Origin: Octopus sinensis
Lineage: Eukaryota
Assembly (NCBI RefSeq): GCF_006345805.1
Contig: NC_043006.1
Coordinates: forward strand, 7,502,001-7,566,000
Direction: 5' to 3'
Length of the DNA stretch: 64,000 nt
Position 1 is the first letter of the stretch; the number at the start of each line of letters is the position of its first letter. A program made the position numbers and the translations under genes. Below the pieces are notes generated by a model. That model made no database searches and was not told the DNA's origin. It was given only the letters and a program-made list of their open reading frames with translations. Shown piece by piece: positions 51,800-64,000 of this stretch.

Positions 51800-52410
51800 C
51801 CTGCTCTAAGCTTCACCGCATTCGATACAAAGTACTGAGCAATACCTTGGTCCTCGTCTGCTCTATCTGTTGTTCCCTCTGGGGGCACCTCGCCTTCAGG
51901 TGGCCCTTTTCCTCACATGTATAACATATATTGACGGCCTGCCTTCCAGCACCACTCTCAATCTTACGTCACCGTGCAGCACTATTTCTTCGACAATTCT
52001 CTTTAGGACTTCCACTGTTGTTTGAACGGTTAACTCTATACCATATCTTCAGTATCTTGGCCCCCTCATTCTTGTCATACGGCGTTCATTTCAGTGAATT
52101 TCTGTCTCTTTCCTGCAGTTTCTCGCATTCCTTCATTTTTCGTGGTTCAACCTTTATTCCACGTGCTTCCAGCGTTTCCGCGTGTATCCCTTTTCCAGTT
52201 GCAGCCGCATAACTGTGGCCACCTGCTGGCGTTTTCTCCATTTTTCCCACAAGGGGATAAAACGACAATTCAAAATAACACTAGCAACAATTCGAACACT
52301 AACAATCAATCGAACAAATATTTAACTCTATGACTTGCGTCTAATACGACAAAAAACAATCCAGACAAAAAACAACGCTACACCAACGATTAACCGGAGA
52401 TGATTTTTAA
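51800..52410 (-). mobile_element. Internally deleted copy of the gag-like ORF1 element
   Basis: ATG 52241 MEKTPAGGHSYAAATG; intact zinc knuckle CYTCEEKGHLKARC near 51885-51930; homologous to 56085-57790. Confidence 0.85.
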
Positions 52411-52482
52411 AATGAGAATATCTGAAATAAATTCGACTGTCTCACAAACGAAAATACTAAAAATGAACCCGGCTGCTCTCGA

Positions 52483-52620
52483 AACGTGTGGTAAGAGCTT
52501 GCTTACCAAACACATAGTTCGAGGTTCAGTCCCACTCCATGGCACCTTGGGCAAGTGTCTTCTAATATACACTCGGGCCGACCGAAGCCTTGTGAGTGGA
52601 TTTGATAGACGGAACTGAAA
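52483..52620 (+). mobile_element. SINE family B head fragment
   Basis: gtgtggtaagagcttgcttacc...gacggaactgaaa. Confidence 0.88.
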
Positions 52621-52699
52621 GTGTTTGATAAAAATAACTGAAAATTTCCCAGTTATAAATGATTAAATTTCTGAAATATTTTGTTTCTTACTTTTCAGG

Positions 52700-53280
52700 T
52701 TTTTAGGCTGGTAAGGAACATTCAAACTGGCTGCCCCTTAGAGTTACGTCAAAAACAAAGAGGAGTGATTGAATTTCTTGTTGCTGAGGAGGAATCCCCT
52801 GTGAACATTCATCGACGATTACAAAATGTCATTGATGAGAATACTTTAGATTATAGCAAGGTATGCAGGTGGGTCCGTCGTCTGAAAGATGAAAAGGTGG
52901 AAACTGTGAGTGTAGCCGACAAACCCCGCTCTGGCTGTCCGTCCGCTTCTGTGAATCCAGCCGATACTCACCAGATTTAGCACCTTCTGACTCTTTCTCA
53001 TCGCCTCGGTCCAATGAAAGAGGGTTAGAGAGGCAAACATTACTCCGGTGACGAGGAAGTGAAAACTGTAGTAAAGAAGTGGCTCAAAGAACAGTGAAAA
53101 GAATTTTACAGGGCAGCTTTGCATGCTCTCATTCGCAGGTGGAACATTGCTATTGAGAGAAACGGCGACCATGTTGAGAAGTAGAGATGTGATCCACAGA
53201 GGGCCAGCTTCATTTTGATGTATGATACATGTTCCTGTCTTGGTAATTATACATATCCTACACAAAATGGCATTACTTTT
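52700..53280 (+). mobile_element. Mariner deletion derivative lacking the catalytic core
   Basis: HTH (QRGVIEFLVAE...IHRRL...RWVRRLK...KPRSG) joined directly to YSPDLAPSD...RWNIAIERNGDHVEK. Confidence 0.9.
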
Positions 53281-53520
53281 GTGTGTGTTTGTGTTTGTGT
53301 GTGTATGTGTGTGTGTTTGTGCGTCTGTGTTTGTCCCCCTCAATCGCTTAAGAACCGATGCTGGTGTGTATTCGTTCCCGTAAATTAGCGGTTGGGCAAA
53401 AGAGACTGATAGAATAAGTACTAGGCTTACAAAGAATATGACCCGGGATCGATTTTTTTTCGACTAAAGGCAGTGCTCCAGCATGAGCTGTCAAATGACT
53501 GAAACAAAAGAGTAAACAAA
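53281..53520 (+). mobile_element. SINE family B tail fragment
   Basis: ccgatgctggtgtg...gtgctccagcatg...tcaaatgactgaaac. Confidence 0.88.
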
Positions 53521-53524
53521 AAAC

Positions 53525-53712
53525 AGGAAAAACAATCCAGTATCCTTGTCTGATGCCGGATCGATCCCAAAATCTAATCCGTTTGTTACATGGCCAAACA
53601 TCCCTGAAAGTTTCATTCAGATCCATTCAGTGGTTTTTGGGATATCTTGTTCACGGACAAACAAACAAACACGACTGGAAAGAGTACCTTCGCCTTGGCG
53701 GCGGTAATAATT
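53525..53712 (+). mobile_element. Possible Helentron-associated (HINE-like) element, 3' part
   Basis: Short (AAAC)n, then terminal hairpin accttcgcc-tt-ggcggcggt and aataa. Confidence 0.4.
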
Positions 53713-53905
53713 TTTGCCAAATCAGAAAACAGGATTTGGAAGCGGGCATTTTCTGCGTGTTAGCTGTCTATCACAAAATTAAAACAAAAATATTATGATG
53801 ATGAAGTTTTAATTAACACAATGGAAGCAACACTTTACGAGGACGGAAGTTGTACGTGGCTTTAGTAAATGAACGGCCATATGAAACAGTCGAACAGGTA
53901 TGTAA

Positions 53906-54035
53906 CGAGGTCGACTTTGCCTTTCATCCTTTCGGGGTCGATTAAATAAGTATCAGTTACGCACTGGGGTCGATATAATTGACTTAATCCGTTTGTTCTC
54001 TCTGTGTTTAGCCCCTTGTGGGTAGTAAAGAAATA
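53906..54035 (+). mobile_element. SINE family A, 5'-truncated
   Basis: gaggtcgactttgcc...gggtagtaaagaaata. Confidence 0.9.
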
Positions 54036-54399
54036 GTTATGTAACTAATTTTAAAAGGAGACAAATCTTCCACGACGATTTTACGAAAAATAACAAAAAC
54101 AAAGTCAATGTTTGGGTTAGGGTTAGAGTTAGGTTCTGGCTTCTCAAAGAATTTACATAAGCTAAAATAACATACATGTGGTGGTAATGGTGGTTTGGGC
54201 AGTAGACAAAAGTTTCACTTGTTTCTATGGAAACATGCACCAATATGTCCGCGGCTTTCGATTGGCTAAAATTACCCAAAATGTGCAAAGTTTAAAAGCT
54301 CTTAACTCTTTATTTATTAATTTATAGCAAAAATTAAATTCATTTCCATAAATAGCGCACAAAACCAAAACGGCACAGCAAATTTGAGAACAATAAGAA

Positions 54400-55150
54400 C
54401 CTTATTTAAAAACTAGATATCAGTAATAGCAACAGAAATGGTCCTCGGTTTCAGATACGAAGAAAACTGTTTGACAGAATAGATTATAATATAATGCCTT
54501 CTAGTAACATTCTTGTTATATTAGCTAAAGAAATAGAAGACAAGATTTTCGTGTAATTGATTTCAAGTTGTACTTCAACCATTATTACACCAAAATGATA
54601 TTAAAGGATGCAAAATGGAATTCATAGAAGTAGAAAGAACTTTACGTCTTGTAGCATTTAGTCGAATTCCTTTTATTTGAAGGCTCAAGTATCATTTTGC
54701 GAAGTGGATATTCCCCGTCAATACATCCATTAGTACAAATGAGACTGACTTCTAGGTTGCACTTTATCAGGTTCCCTAGTTTTGCTTCTACCTTATTCCC
54801 GACTTAAATTATAAATATATTTCTAAAATTCTGTTTCAGATGGCCTACTAATCAAAATATATAGTGTGTTGTTAACTTCGACTACAGAATTAAAAATCAC
54901 CTTGCAGGCTTGATATCTCCACCTTGCTTGGATAAAAGCCTTGATGTTTATCACTACAAAAGCTAACTAGGTGAGATTTCTCCGTTTTTGGTTGAAATGT
55001 GTTAATATTTGCAGGTGCTGTAAATAACAGGATTCCTCTTGTTTCCATGGATAATTAGTGATGTTCTGAAGATAATGAAATAATTGAACTCCAGTTAAAA
55101 GTTTGACTTCCATAATACTCTACGATTCTAGCTCATCTATAAATAAGTGA
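54400..55150 (-). pseudogene. Ancient L1/Tx1-like reverse transcriptase relic
   Basis: About 100-codon frame with one stop; AFVVINIKAFIQARW (LDxxKAFD-like), ICTNGCIDGEYPLRK and KGIRLN in RT domain order. Weak motif matches. Confidence 0.35.
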
Positions 55151-56084
55151 ATCACCTCGAATGATTGTTAACTGTCGGTTTCAAATTTCGTTTGGAATAG
55201 TTTATCCGCTTGATGTTGCGAAAGTTTACATATTTTAATGTATCTCTATTTCAAATAACTTTTGAAAGAGTGATACGTTAAATTAGGGAGGAAGTGTTAT
55301 GAAATCAAGCGGGTAATTTCAGAAACCTTTCAAAAGGTTCACAGCAAATTATGACTAGATTTTGACATTAATGTATTTGTTTTAAAGAAATAAATCTTAA
55401 TCATGTGAATGTTTCACATCCATCATTTTGCTTAGTTGTTTTTAAAGACTATCATATTATACTGCAGATAACTTTAGAAGATAGGGGAAAGTGTTCGCAA
55501 ATTAAAAGCTTCTGGACGGTGAGTCATTATTTTTCTTAGACATTTACGTATCAAGATGTTTACCTGCACTTTATATTCGGTTCATATTTCAGCATTCTAA
55601 CAAGATTAAAATCATGAAAATATCCGGTTCTCAGTTGCTATATAGTTTACAAATATTTTCACATAAATATGAATCACTGGAGCCCCTAATCTATGGATAA
55701 TGTTAATTTGGAATGTTATACAACTTTTTTAGGCCAATGTTTTGAGCTTGGCAATACCTCACAACAGACGAGTACATACAGGGATTAAATATTTATTTAG
55801 TCCTACCTATGTGTTTTCCAATTAATGTAAGAGCCTCCTTCGTGGTCACTTAAGTTAGTAGAAACAGCAACTAAGTTAACAACAATATTATAAGAGAAAA
55901 AATATATTAGATGATTCGGTCATCAATGAACGGCTTGAAAATAAGAATCGAGGAAGCATTTTATCCAAACAACTTGTCATAATTTCGATTATTTTTGTGG
56001 ATAGATATTGTCTTCCTTTTTCTTCTAAGTGATCCTTATGAATAAACAAACACACAGCAACAGTATAATAACAATATAATCGAA

Positions 56085-57790
56085 ACAAACGGCAGGAACC
56101 ACACGGAACGTAAAAACAATATTTTAAGAACATTACATCTTCTCCGAATGTGATGGCTTCCACAATCCTTTCCAAATCTTCCGGAGAGGCTGAGATTATC
56201 ATTTCCAGGTCCTGTCCTTGCCAATTACTGGGTGGTACTCTTTTGGCCTGGAGGACCACAGGCTTCCCCTGCATTCCCAACAGGAGGCGGCTACCAACCA
56301 GGCAATATCCACTTCAGGAGGGATCTATTCTAACCTTAATCTAGAAGCACGCCTTCCCAACTGTATGGGTAGAAAGACCACCTCGTCCGTTCTGCGGGGG
56401 GTCACGTCATGCTGTCTGGCCACAAATATTCCATCGATTATGGGACTTTCTTGCTTGCTTTCCCTGTTCCCGCTCCACTGCTGGTACCTTTTCTCTTCCC
56501 ACTCTGAATAATTCCTCCATTTCACCTTCGTATAATTGTTCTCCTCAATCCCCCTCCTGTACTGGTACAATCCAAGTGTTTGCTGCTTTCACTTCCTTCT
56601 GCAACCCTTCGAATTCCTTTTCAAGTTCTTTCTCGACCTCCTTGTTAACCACTATTTTATCATCCTTTCGTCTGTCTTCCTTCCTAACCTTTTTCTCTAC
56701 CGTTTCTTTCTTCATTCTCTGCCTCTCTGGCGGAAAGCTTACTCTATCATTTCTCTTTCTTTTTTTACTACCGTATATCCTTCATCTTTTCTTGTCTCCT
56801 TCAACTCAACTCGTGCCACTTGGTCTGCACTCTCTTGCTTTTCCATCTGTTCCATCTGTTGTTTTGTCTGGGGGCGTTTCGCCTGCATGTGGCCTTTTCC
56901 TCCACATTCATAGCATACGGGTGGCCTACCTTCCCCCACCACTCAAAGTCTTACGTCTTCCGGAAGAACTATTTCTTCCGAGATTCTATTGAGGTCATCT
57001 ATCCTCGCTGGAATGGCCATTTCTATGCCACATCCCTAATAGTTCACTCTTTTTGTTCTTGTGGCCTTGAGAATCTTGGCCTCCCCCTCCATATTGTACA
57101 TGACGGCTGCCATCAGCCATGTTCCTTTTATCGCTGGCGGCACTTTGCCAACTCTTAATCTGGCAACACGTTTCCCACAATAGGACGGCAGAAACACCCA
57201 TTCCTCTGTTCTTTTTGCTTCCGTAGACTGTTTAATCGCTTCATTCTCTGTCGCAAAACGCACCTCTACAATGCCATACTTTCTTCCTCTGGTAATGGAT
57301 TTTGTCAACCTCTTTATTCCTTTCAAACATTCCTCAATACCCTCGATTGTTGCTATTTCGATCCTTCTGCATGCTACCTTCAGTGTCTTATAAGTTACTG
57401 TCCTTTTGGTTACGTCTCTTGTGAGGTCTGCAGGTAGCGTTAGTCTTAGCGTGTTTCCTGATTTTCTCAACACTTTTTCGCATTCTTTCATTTTCTTGTT
57501 TGATCTTTACTTCATGTACTTCCAGCGCTTCAACTTTCACTGCGTTACCCGTTGCAGCCGCATAGCTGTGGCCCCCTGTTGGCGCCTTCTCCATTCCTCC
57601 CACAATGGGGGAAAAAAAAAATTCAAAAATAGCAATAATCCGCAGTTTCAACAAATAACAATTAATAGTCTTGGGTACACCCAGGAGGGGAGACCTTCAA
57701 CAAAATTTTCAACAAGTGACATACGTCTAACAATAATACGACGAAATTAACTCCGATACGAATAACTCAAACCGCCTGGAGCTAGCATTA
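56085..57790 (-). mobile_element. Non-LTR element with only a gag-like ORF1 (zinc knuckle), decayed
   Basis: ATG 57594 MEKAPTGGHSYAAATG, frameshift, then MKECEK...; knuckle CYECGGKGHMQAKR with last Cys lost; no EN or RT motif recognised. Confidence 0.75.
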
Positions 57791-58602
57791 CTCAGCATTA
57801 CCCTCACTTACTCAGACTGTTAGTATTTACATGTAGAGGTCCAGTCCATTCGCTCCAACGGGCGCGTACGCTCGGACGATATTATGTAATACTTGCTAAA
57901 TCTTTGACGAGAAATGTGAGGATCTAGCTTCCATATTACTTTTAAATTTCATTATTACACTAAGTGAAATGAAGTCACAGCGCATGGAGCCCATCTGAAA
58001 CTGTTTAGCGTTACTGCAAATTATGCCTTACTCAAGAGCTAGTGCCATATTAGCTGCATACAACATTTCGTCTTAAAGTTTTGCATTTCATCCAGAAATC
58101 AAGAAGTTTACCATTTATTCTATAATACACTGAGCCTACATGTATTGATTCTTTCATATATTGTCATAAGGCCATCGTGAAATTTTATAAACAATTGAAT
58201 TACTATCAGCTCATATTGCCAATTCTATTCCATTTTCAGTTCATTATGAGAAGGGACGTAACTGTATACTAAAAAAATTGAATATGGTGACACACAATCT
58301 CTGAAAATTCTGTAACTATTGAAACGTAACAAAACGTCATAATTTGTTAGACTTCTCTGTTTTTCAGTGCTCACTTTAAGTTATCAACGACTACACGTCT
58401 CATAAGGATGAGGTTTTATATAAAATACATTAAAAATCCCATATATCTAGGCTGAATATATCTAGTTGTGTCACTATTTATAACTAGATCTTATTATTTT
58501 ATTTGACTTTAAACTACCTTCAGCACACTGAGGCACGTTCCTGTAGTTTATATAACGGGTGTCTGCGTAAAGAAAAGTGTCACAATAAATCTTGTGTCGT
58601 AA

Positions 58603-58846
58603 AAGGCGGCGAGTGGCCAAAGACATGAGCACGCCGGGCAAAATGCCTAGCAGTGTTTCGTCTGTCGTTACGTTCTAAGTTCAAATTCCGCTGAGGTCGA
58701 CTTTGCCTTTCATCTTTTCGGGGTCGATAAATTAAGTACCAGTTGCGCACTGGGGTCGATGTAATCGACTTAATCCCTTTGCCTGTCCTTGTTTGTCCCT
58801 TCTATGTTTAGCCCCTTGTGGGTAGTAAAGAAAAAAATAATAATAA
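58603..58846 (+). mobile_element. SINE family A, full length, with 19-bp TSD
   Basis: aataaatcttgtgtc(g/a)taa at 58584-58602 and 58847-58865. Confidence 0.95.
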
Positions 58847-61764
58847 AATAAATCTTGTGTCATAATTAATTTTGTCAAAAGATAAATGTAATTTTGTAGC
58901 AGTATATGGCCACCTAAAAATGTATTTTGTTTCAGATGTAATGTACAGGGCACGTTCCCGAAGAAAGTGTAGAAATGGATATTGATACTTTCGCGATGTT
59001 ATTAGCTGTTTGATCATGCATATGATCTAATTCAATAAATACAAATATATGTGCATTGAAGACGTGGCATAAAATAACCTTATATTATATAATCAACTAA
59101 TATTATATCCTGAACCAATATACCTGAAACTATAGATGTGAAAAGGAACTAATTAGCAGTAAGAACAAAGTGTAAGCAAGAATTATATTAATTAATATCT
59201 AGGTTTGTAATTCTGTCAATTGAATCTCCAGGTGATAGCTTACATTTAACTAAAACAGAAAATAAGGAATAATACATATTAAAAACGATCATATTTCAAC
59301 ATATTGCGCAATATCACCTTGGGTATTTTGTTTTCAATTCCTTATTTATATTTATATCAAATTTCCAAATCCATAAAACGAAAAAGAGAAATACCTATCT
59401 TTATTATTTTGAAATAGTTTCGTCTGAAGCAAGTATTCTGAATAAAGTAAGCTTGTGTTTATAATGAGGGAGTTGAGGTACAGAATCCGCCATGTATTTT
59501 GTATGACTACTTTTATGCTATCAGTCAAATAGTAAGTATGGAAAACATACGATATTCTGTAAAAAGGGAGTAGCAATACTATGATTGATAAAATAGGATT
59601 ATTTTATAATATTTGGATGATTATTTCCATAGAAAACTAACGCAATTAAAGCAATTGGCAAACGAAAGCAAATGTATGGATGTGAGAGAAAGCTTTCAAA
59701 CATATGCTTTCACTGAATTTCTCCAGAGAGAAGCAATCTGTCGTTAACTTTGTCTTTCTTTTTCAACCCTGACTACAGAGAATCCATTGCAGAGAAAGCA
59801 AGGAAAAAGTCGATCACGTACAAGAACTTTAAAAGAATTCATATTAATGTGAGTAAAAAGTATGTTTCTCTGTTTTCAGAAGTGCAAAAGATTTTATGAA
59901 AGTACATCCTTGGAAACTGTGTCATAAGAATAATTGACTGTTCTATAGGAATATTGTTTTGCAATTCATGTAGTGCACTTTGATTATATATTTTTACAGA
60001 TTTTTTATAATAGTGAGTACCCTTCAGGAAAAAGTTGAAATATATTACTGTAACATAATATACCTGCTATATTTTCAATTACAGCCCTGCATGTAGACAC
60101 AAATGTCATGATATACTAGAAAGACAACAACATTTTATTTTCCCATTCAGTTTGTATAAAAATGGCCATTATATGCACCAACTTTCGATTCCTTGAAATA
60201 ATTTATTTCAATCATGGCTTGAGAAGAGCATGGTTTTATTATAAAATAAAAACAACTATTTTTAAAAAATAGGACATCCTGTGTTGCCGTATTACTAAAC
60301 AGATTTTGAATTTTTGCTTGAAGTCACCTCGGATATCTCTGCATATAACAACTTCTCTTTCAGTTGTTAGTTCCAAAGTCAAAAGTTTTGCAGTGTTTAC
60401 TGCTTCTTATCTCATTAAGTAAATTAATTCGGTGGTCCTTTAGTATTCATAACAATAGTTAGTCGTTAATTTCATTGTAATGTCTTGCTCTATTTAATAT
60501 TCAACATCCTGCGATCCTGGTTTTAACAATAAAAATTTAGATCTACTCATGTATTATGCAAAGGCCACAAAAGTAATCTTTATTCAGTATAGAAGGAAGA
60601 CATTTGTAGTTCCTTTGAAGATTTTATAGTAAAAAAAGAAATCCATAACTAACAAATTATCAAAACTTGCAGACCTCATTGAAACCCCAATGTTCCCGTA
60701 TAGATTGTATATTTATATATTTTAGACATATTTCTCGCTACGTTTATTCTAGACAGCATCTCATTTCACAAAAGGAAAAATTGCTGTTTCCAGCAGGGTA
60801 ACTAATAATTTAGCAAACATCCATCGAACCTTTTTTTCCAACTGGAATTCTGAAATACTAATCAGAACGAAGTTAACCGTTATTCTTCAGCAAAGATATT
60901 ATGATATAGAAAATAACGTCTTTCAAGTCAGGTAGTAATTTGTAGCTTACAAAATAATATTACATACTTTTGGAATTCACCCTCCACTCATGTAGCAACT
61001 CAAGTAATTTCGTAATGGAGTATTAACTCGGTATAATAGATGTTTTAGCAATATTACGTTTTATTCCCCGTCTGAACTTCATAGTATAATTGTGGTATAA
61101 GATTATCTGAATCGTTAGAACGTCGAACAAAATACGTACAGCCTTTAATGAGCCTATTTATGCTCAAATTCCTCTCAGCTTAAGTTTCAATTCCTGCTCG
61201 GAAACATTTATTGCAGCCATCATTTAATGCTAGTGAGAAAACCACATGTCCTTAGCATAAAATTAACTCTGCCGTTGTCTATAAATAAGACATTTCCTGT
61301 GTTGAAGCATTTGCTAAATGTGTTTTTCATTTTTGCTTAGAGTCACTTCAGAAATGTCTAAGTATAGCAACTCGTCTTTTTTATTGTGTATTCGGGACGA
61401 TACATTGAGTTTCTAATAAATAATTGATATTTCTGATAATCATCGGAGATGCAAACTAAATTTTGATATGAAATAGATCAAATCGACGATATTTAACCAT
61501 TTACTTAAAATGATCCTTCAAACATTAATGTATCGTTTAATTATATAGGGTAGGTCAACAGCCTCTCACAGAATAACATGGAACGCTCCGGAGATATATT
61601 TCAAGTTTTGTAAAATTGAATAAAAAAAAATAATGATGAATAAGCATGTACTAGTCCTTGATGAACAAAATGGATAGCAACAATACTATCGTAATATAAA
61701 TAAAAAGTCAAATCGTTTGGTGCATGATTTTGGCCCACACTATATTTGTGTATCCTAACAACAA

Positions 61765-61989
61765 CAACAACAACAATCCTTTCTAACATAGGCACAAGGG
61801 CTGGAATTTTGAAGGAGGGCGCTAGTCGATTACATCGATCCCAGTGCTTATATGGTGCGTATTTTATAGACGCAGAAAGAATGAAATGCAAAATCGTCTT
61901 CGTCGGAATTTGAGCACTGGTCGTGAAGTTGGATGGAATGCCGCTAAGCATCTCGACCGCCGTGCTAACGATTCTGCCAGCTTGCCGCC

Positions 61990-61991
<2 letters not shown>
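61765..61991 (-). mobile_element. SINE family A (tail variant 2)
   Basis: Head aaggcggcaagctggcagaatcg. Confidence 0.85.
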
Positions 61992-62021
<30 letters not shown>

Positions 62022-62024
62022 TTC

Positions 62025-62228
62025 AAATTTTGGTACACGACAAGAAATTTCGAGGGATGAGATAAGTTTATTACATTGACGCTAGTGTTCTACTGGTGCT
62101 TACTTTATCGATGCCGAAAGGTTGAAAGGCAAAGTCTACCTCGGCGGAATTTGAACCCAGAACGTGAAGACGGACGAAATGCCGCTACACATTTTACCCG
62201 GCGTGTTAACGATTTTGTCAGCGGTTCC
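62025..62228 (-). mobile_element. SINE family A (tail variant 2), degenerate
   Basis: gggttcaaattccgccgaggtagactttgcc. Confidence 0.8.
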
Positions 62229-62260
<32 letters not shown>

Positions 62261-63756
62261 GTTATTATTATCATCATCATCATTAATATTAATAACATTT
62301 TTATTAGCCGCTCTATTAAACATCCCTTACTTTTACAAAAGTCCCTTACTCCTATAAAAATGCTGTTGGTGTCACCTGGTAGATAGATTTTGCTCTTCTC
62401 AGCTGGTACGCATCGTATAACGTCGTTGTCTCTGCATGAGCGCTAATTTTGTTGTTGCTGACATCTTTAAAAAATTATTTGGTTGACTCTTTTTATCCTC
62501 TTTTGTCTAATATCTTGCTTTTACTGTGAGTGTAATCTGGTAGACATTTTGGAGGTGACACTTATTTAAAACAAAGCATTGTAATCAAACAATAATGTCC
62601 TCTCCAAAAAATATTGTTTTCTGCCTCCAGATATTGGAGGCTGACCTCTCTCAGGTTAATAAAGCCATTAATTGCAAGTGTTCTTAACAAAGAATTTTGA
62701 TTTGGTATCTCTTGAAGTATAGTCACCATCCTATCTCTTTTTATCTCCATGACTACAGTCGCCAATAAATAAATAATTTCCTATATACAGCAATATACGG
62801 TTCTGACATATATTTGTTTGCTATTTACGACAGGTCAAACGACCGCATCAGCATTACTTTGGGCTCTATTGTTGTTATTATCAATATTTAACCCCGAATC
62901 AGCTCTATTAAAACAAAACTATGATCACTCACATGGCCATCCCACCTCATTTTTTATGCATAACGCAACTTGGCCTACAGTATCTACTCTTTCTCAAAAG
63001 ATGTTAGAGTATGTATCATAAATATATTTAGCTGATATATCTCGCAGTTCAGATGTGCAAGTATATACTCCCCGCTGTCTAGTAATCTTAATAATTGTAA
63101 TCTTTTATTAATGTGCACTGTGCGCATGTTAATTCTTGTATAGTGATGTTCTATTAATACAGCTTTCATTGAGCAGTCTTCTACTATTGGCGGGAGTTCC
63201 CATACGAAAATGGAGAAAAAAACTAATTTTTCTCTATCGAAAGTTCGAATGTAATGCTTTGCAAAGGTTCCTTGTTATAAATACTTCTAGAGTCGACAAA
63301 ATGGTGTTGTAATTACATAACTAATGTAAAAGCTAGTGCCATAAAGGCTACAACATTCATGCTTAGATAGAAATTTGTACATTTTCTTAGTCGTATTTAT
63401 ACGCCAGCTTCAGGTTTGTGGTTTATTGTTCAAGCGATTTTATTTTTCATATTCGTGAACAATAATAATAATAATAATAATAATACACTCTTAATGTTAG
63501 CATGTGATTGGGTGTAATGTATATCATATTCTATTTCATGCATTTGTTTAAAAAAGATGTTCATCTATTTTATAGCCATGATGCTGTTAGGTTATCTAAA
63601 TTACCTTCCGTACAGTTTCATTTTATTAGGCGCAGCATCTGTTGAATTTAATGTTACATTTATTTCTGCCTTTACCCGCAGTCTCTTTCTAATTTTCTCA
63701 CATTCACACACTCATTCTTTTTTTCTCGAGACAGACAGACATATAAAAGAGACAGA

Positions 63757-63758
63757 CG

Positions 63759-63800
<42 letters not shown>

Positions 63801-63872
63801 GTAGATAGATAGATAGATAGAGATAGATAGATAGATAGATAGGTAGGTAGGTAGGTAGATAGATAGATAGAT
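63757..63872. repeat. (AGAT)n/(AGGT)n microsatellite
   Basis: Directly visible. Confidence 0.95.
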
Positions 63873-63874
63873 AT

Positions 63875-64000
63875 GTTTCTTTATTAGCCACACAGGGCTG
63901 CACACAGATAGAACAAATTACAAGGTAGAGCTTTTCTTTTGGGGGTAAAAAAAAGGAGAGTGGTGGTTTTCGATCAAAAGGGATCGTAAAAGGAAAGAAA
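63875..64000 (-). mobile_element. 3' end of a retroelement that runs off the window
   Basis: ...tgtgcagccctgtgtggctaataaagaaac with AATAAA, then an (ATCT)n tail. Confidence 0.6.

Noticed and set aside
62370-62780. Possible minus-strand exons (EIIYLLATVVMEIKRD... and DVSNNKISAHAETT...)
   Set aside because: Weak acceptors and no recognisable homology.
29-63905. Many ORF-track entries rich in YI, CV, HT, I or LSIY repeats
   Set aside because: They are translations of microsatellites and SINE read-through.

Overview
AT-rich, microsatellite-dense eukaryotic DNA, most likely Octopus. This is inferred from repeat families I recall as octopus tRNA-derived SINEs and cannot be confirmed without a search. 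I recognise no intact host gene, and most ORF-track entries are microsatellite or SINE read-through. The window contains: (1) about 40 SINE copies from about five families, including a 13-unit cluster at 47.4-50.0 kb; (2) dead LINE fragments (CR1/L2-group, RTE-like, ancient L1/Tx1-like); (3) two Penelope-like element (PLE) fragments, two mariner relics and one other ITm transposase relic; (4) a gag-like ORF1-only element in two copies; (5) many fold-back palindromes. The main result is six hammerhead-ribozyme-like folds from four sequence families. One lies at the 3' end of a PLE GIY-YIG ORF, four lie inside stand-alone palindromes of three different families, and one is an atypical stand-alone copy. 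Other leads are SINE-LINE shared 3' tails, a recurrent SINE dimer, a chimeric SINE within one TSD, a 1.57-kb foldback element, an NRF1/ETS promoter-like island and a possible 4-nt microexon. Coordinates were counted by hand; repeat boundaries are approximate.
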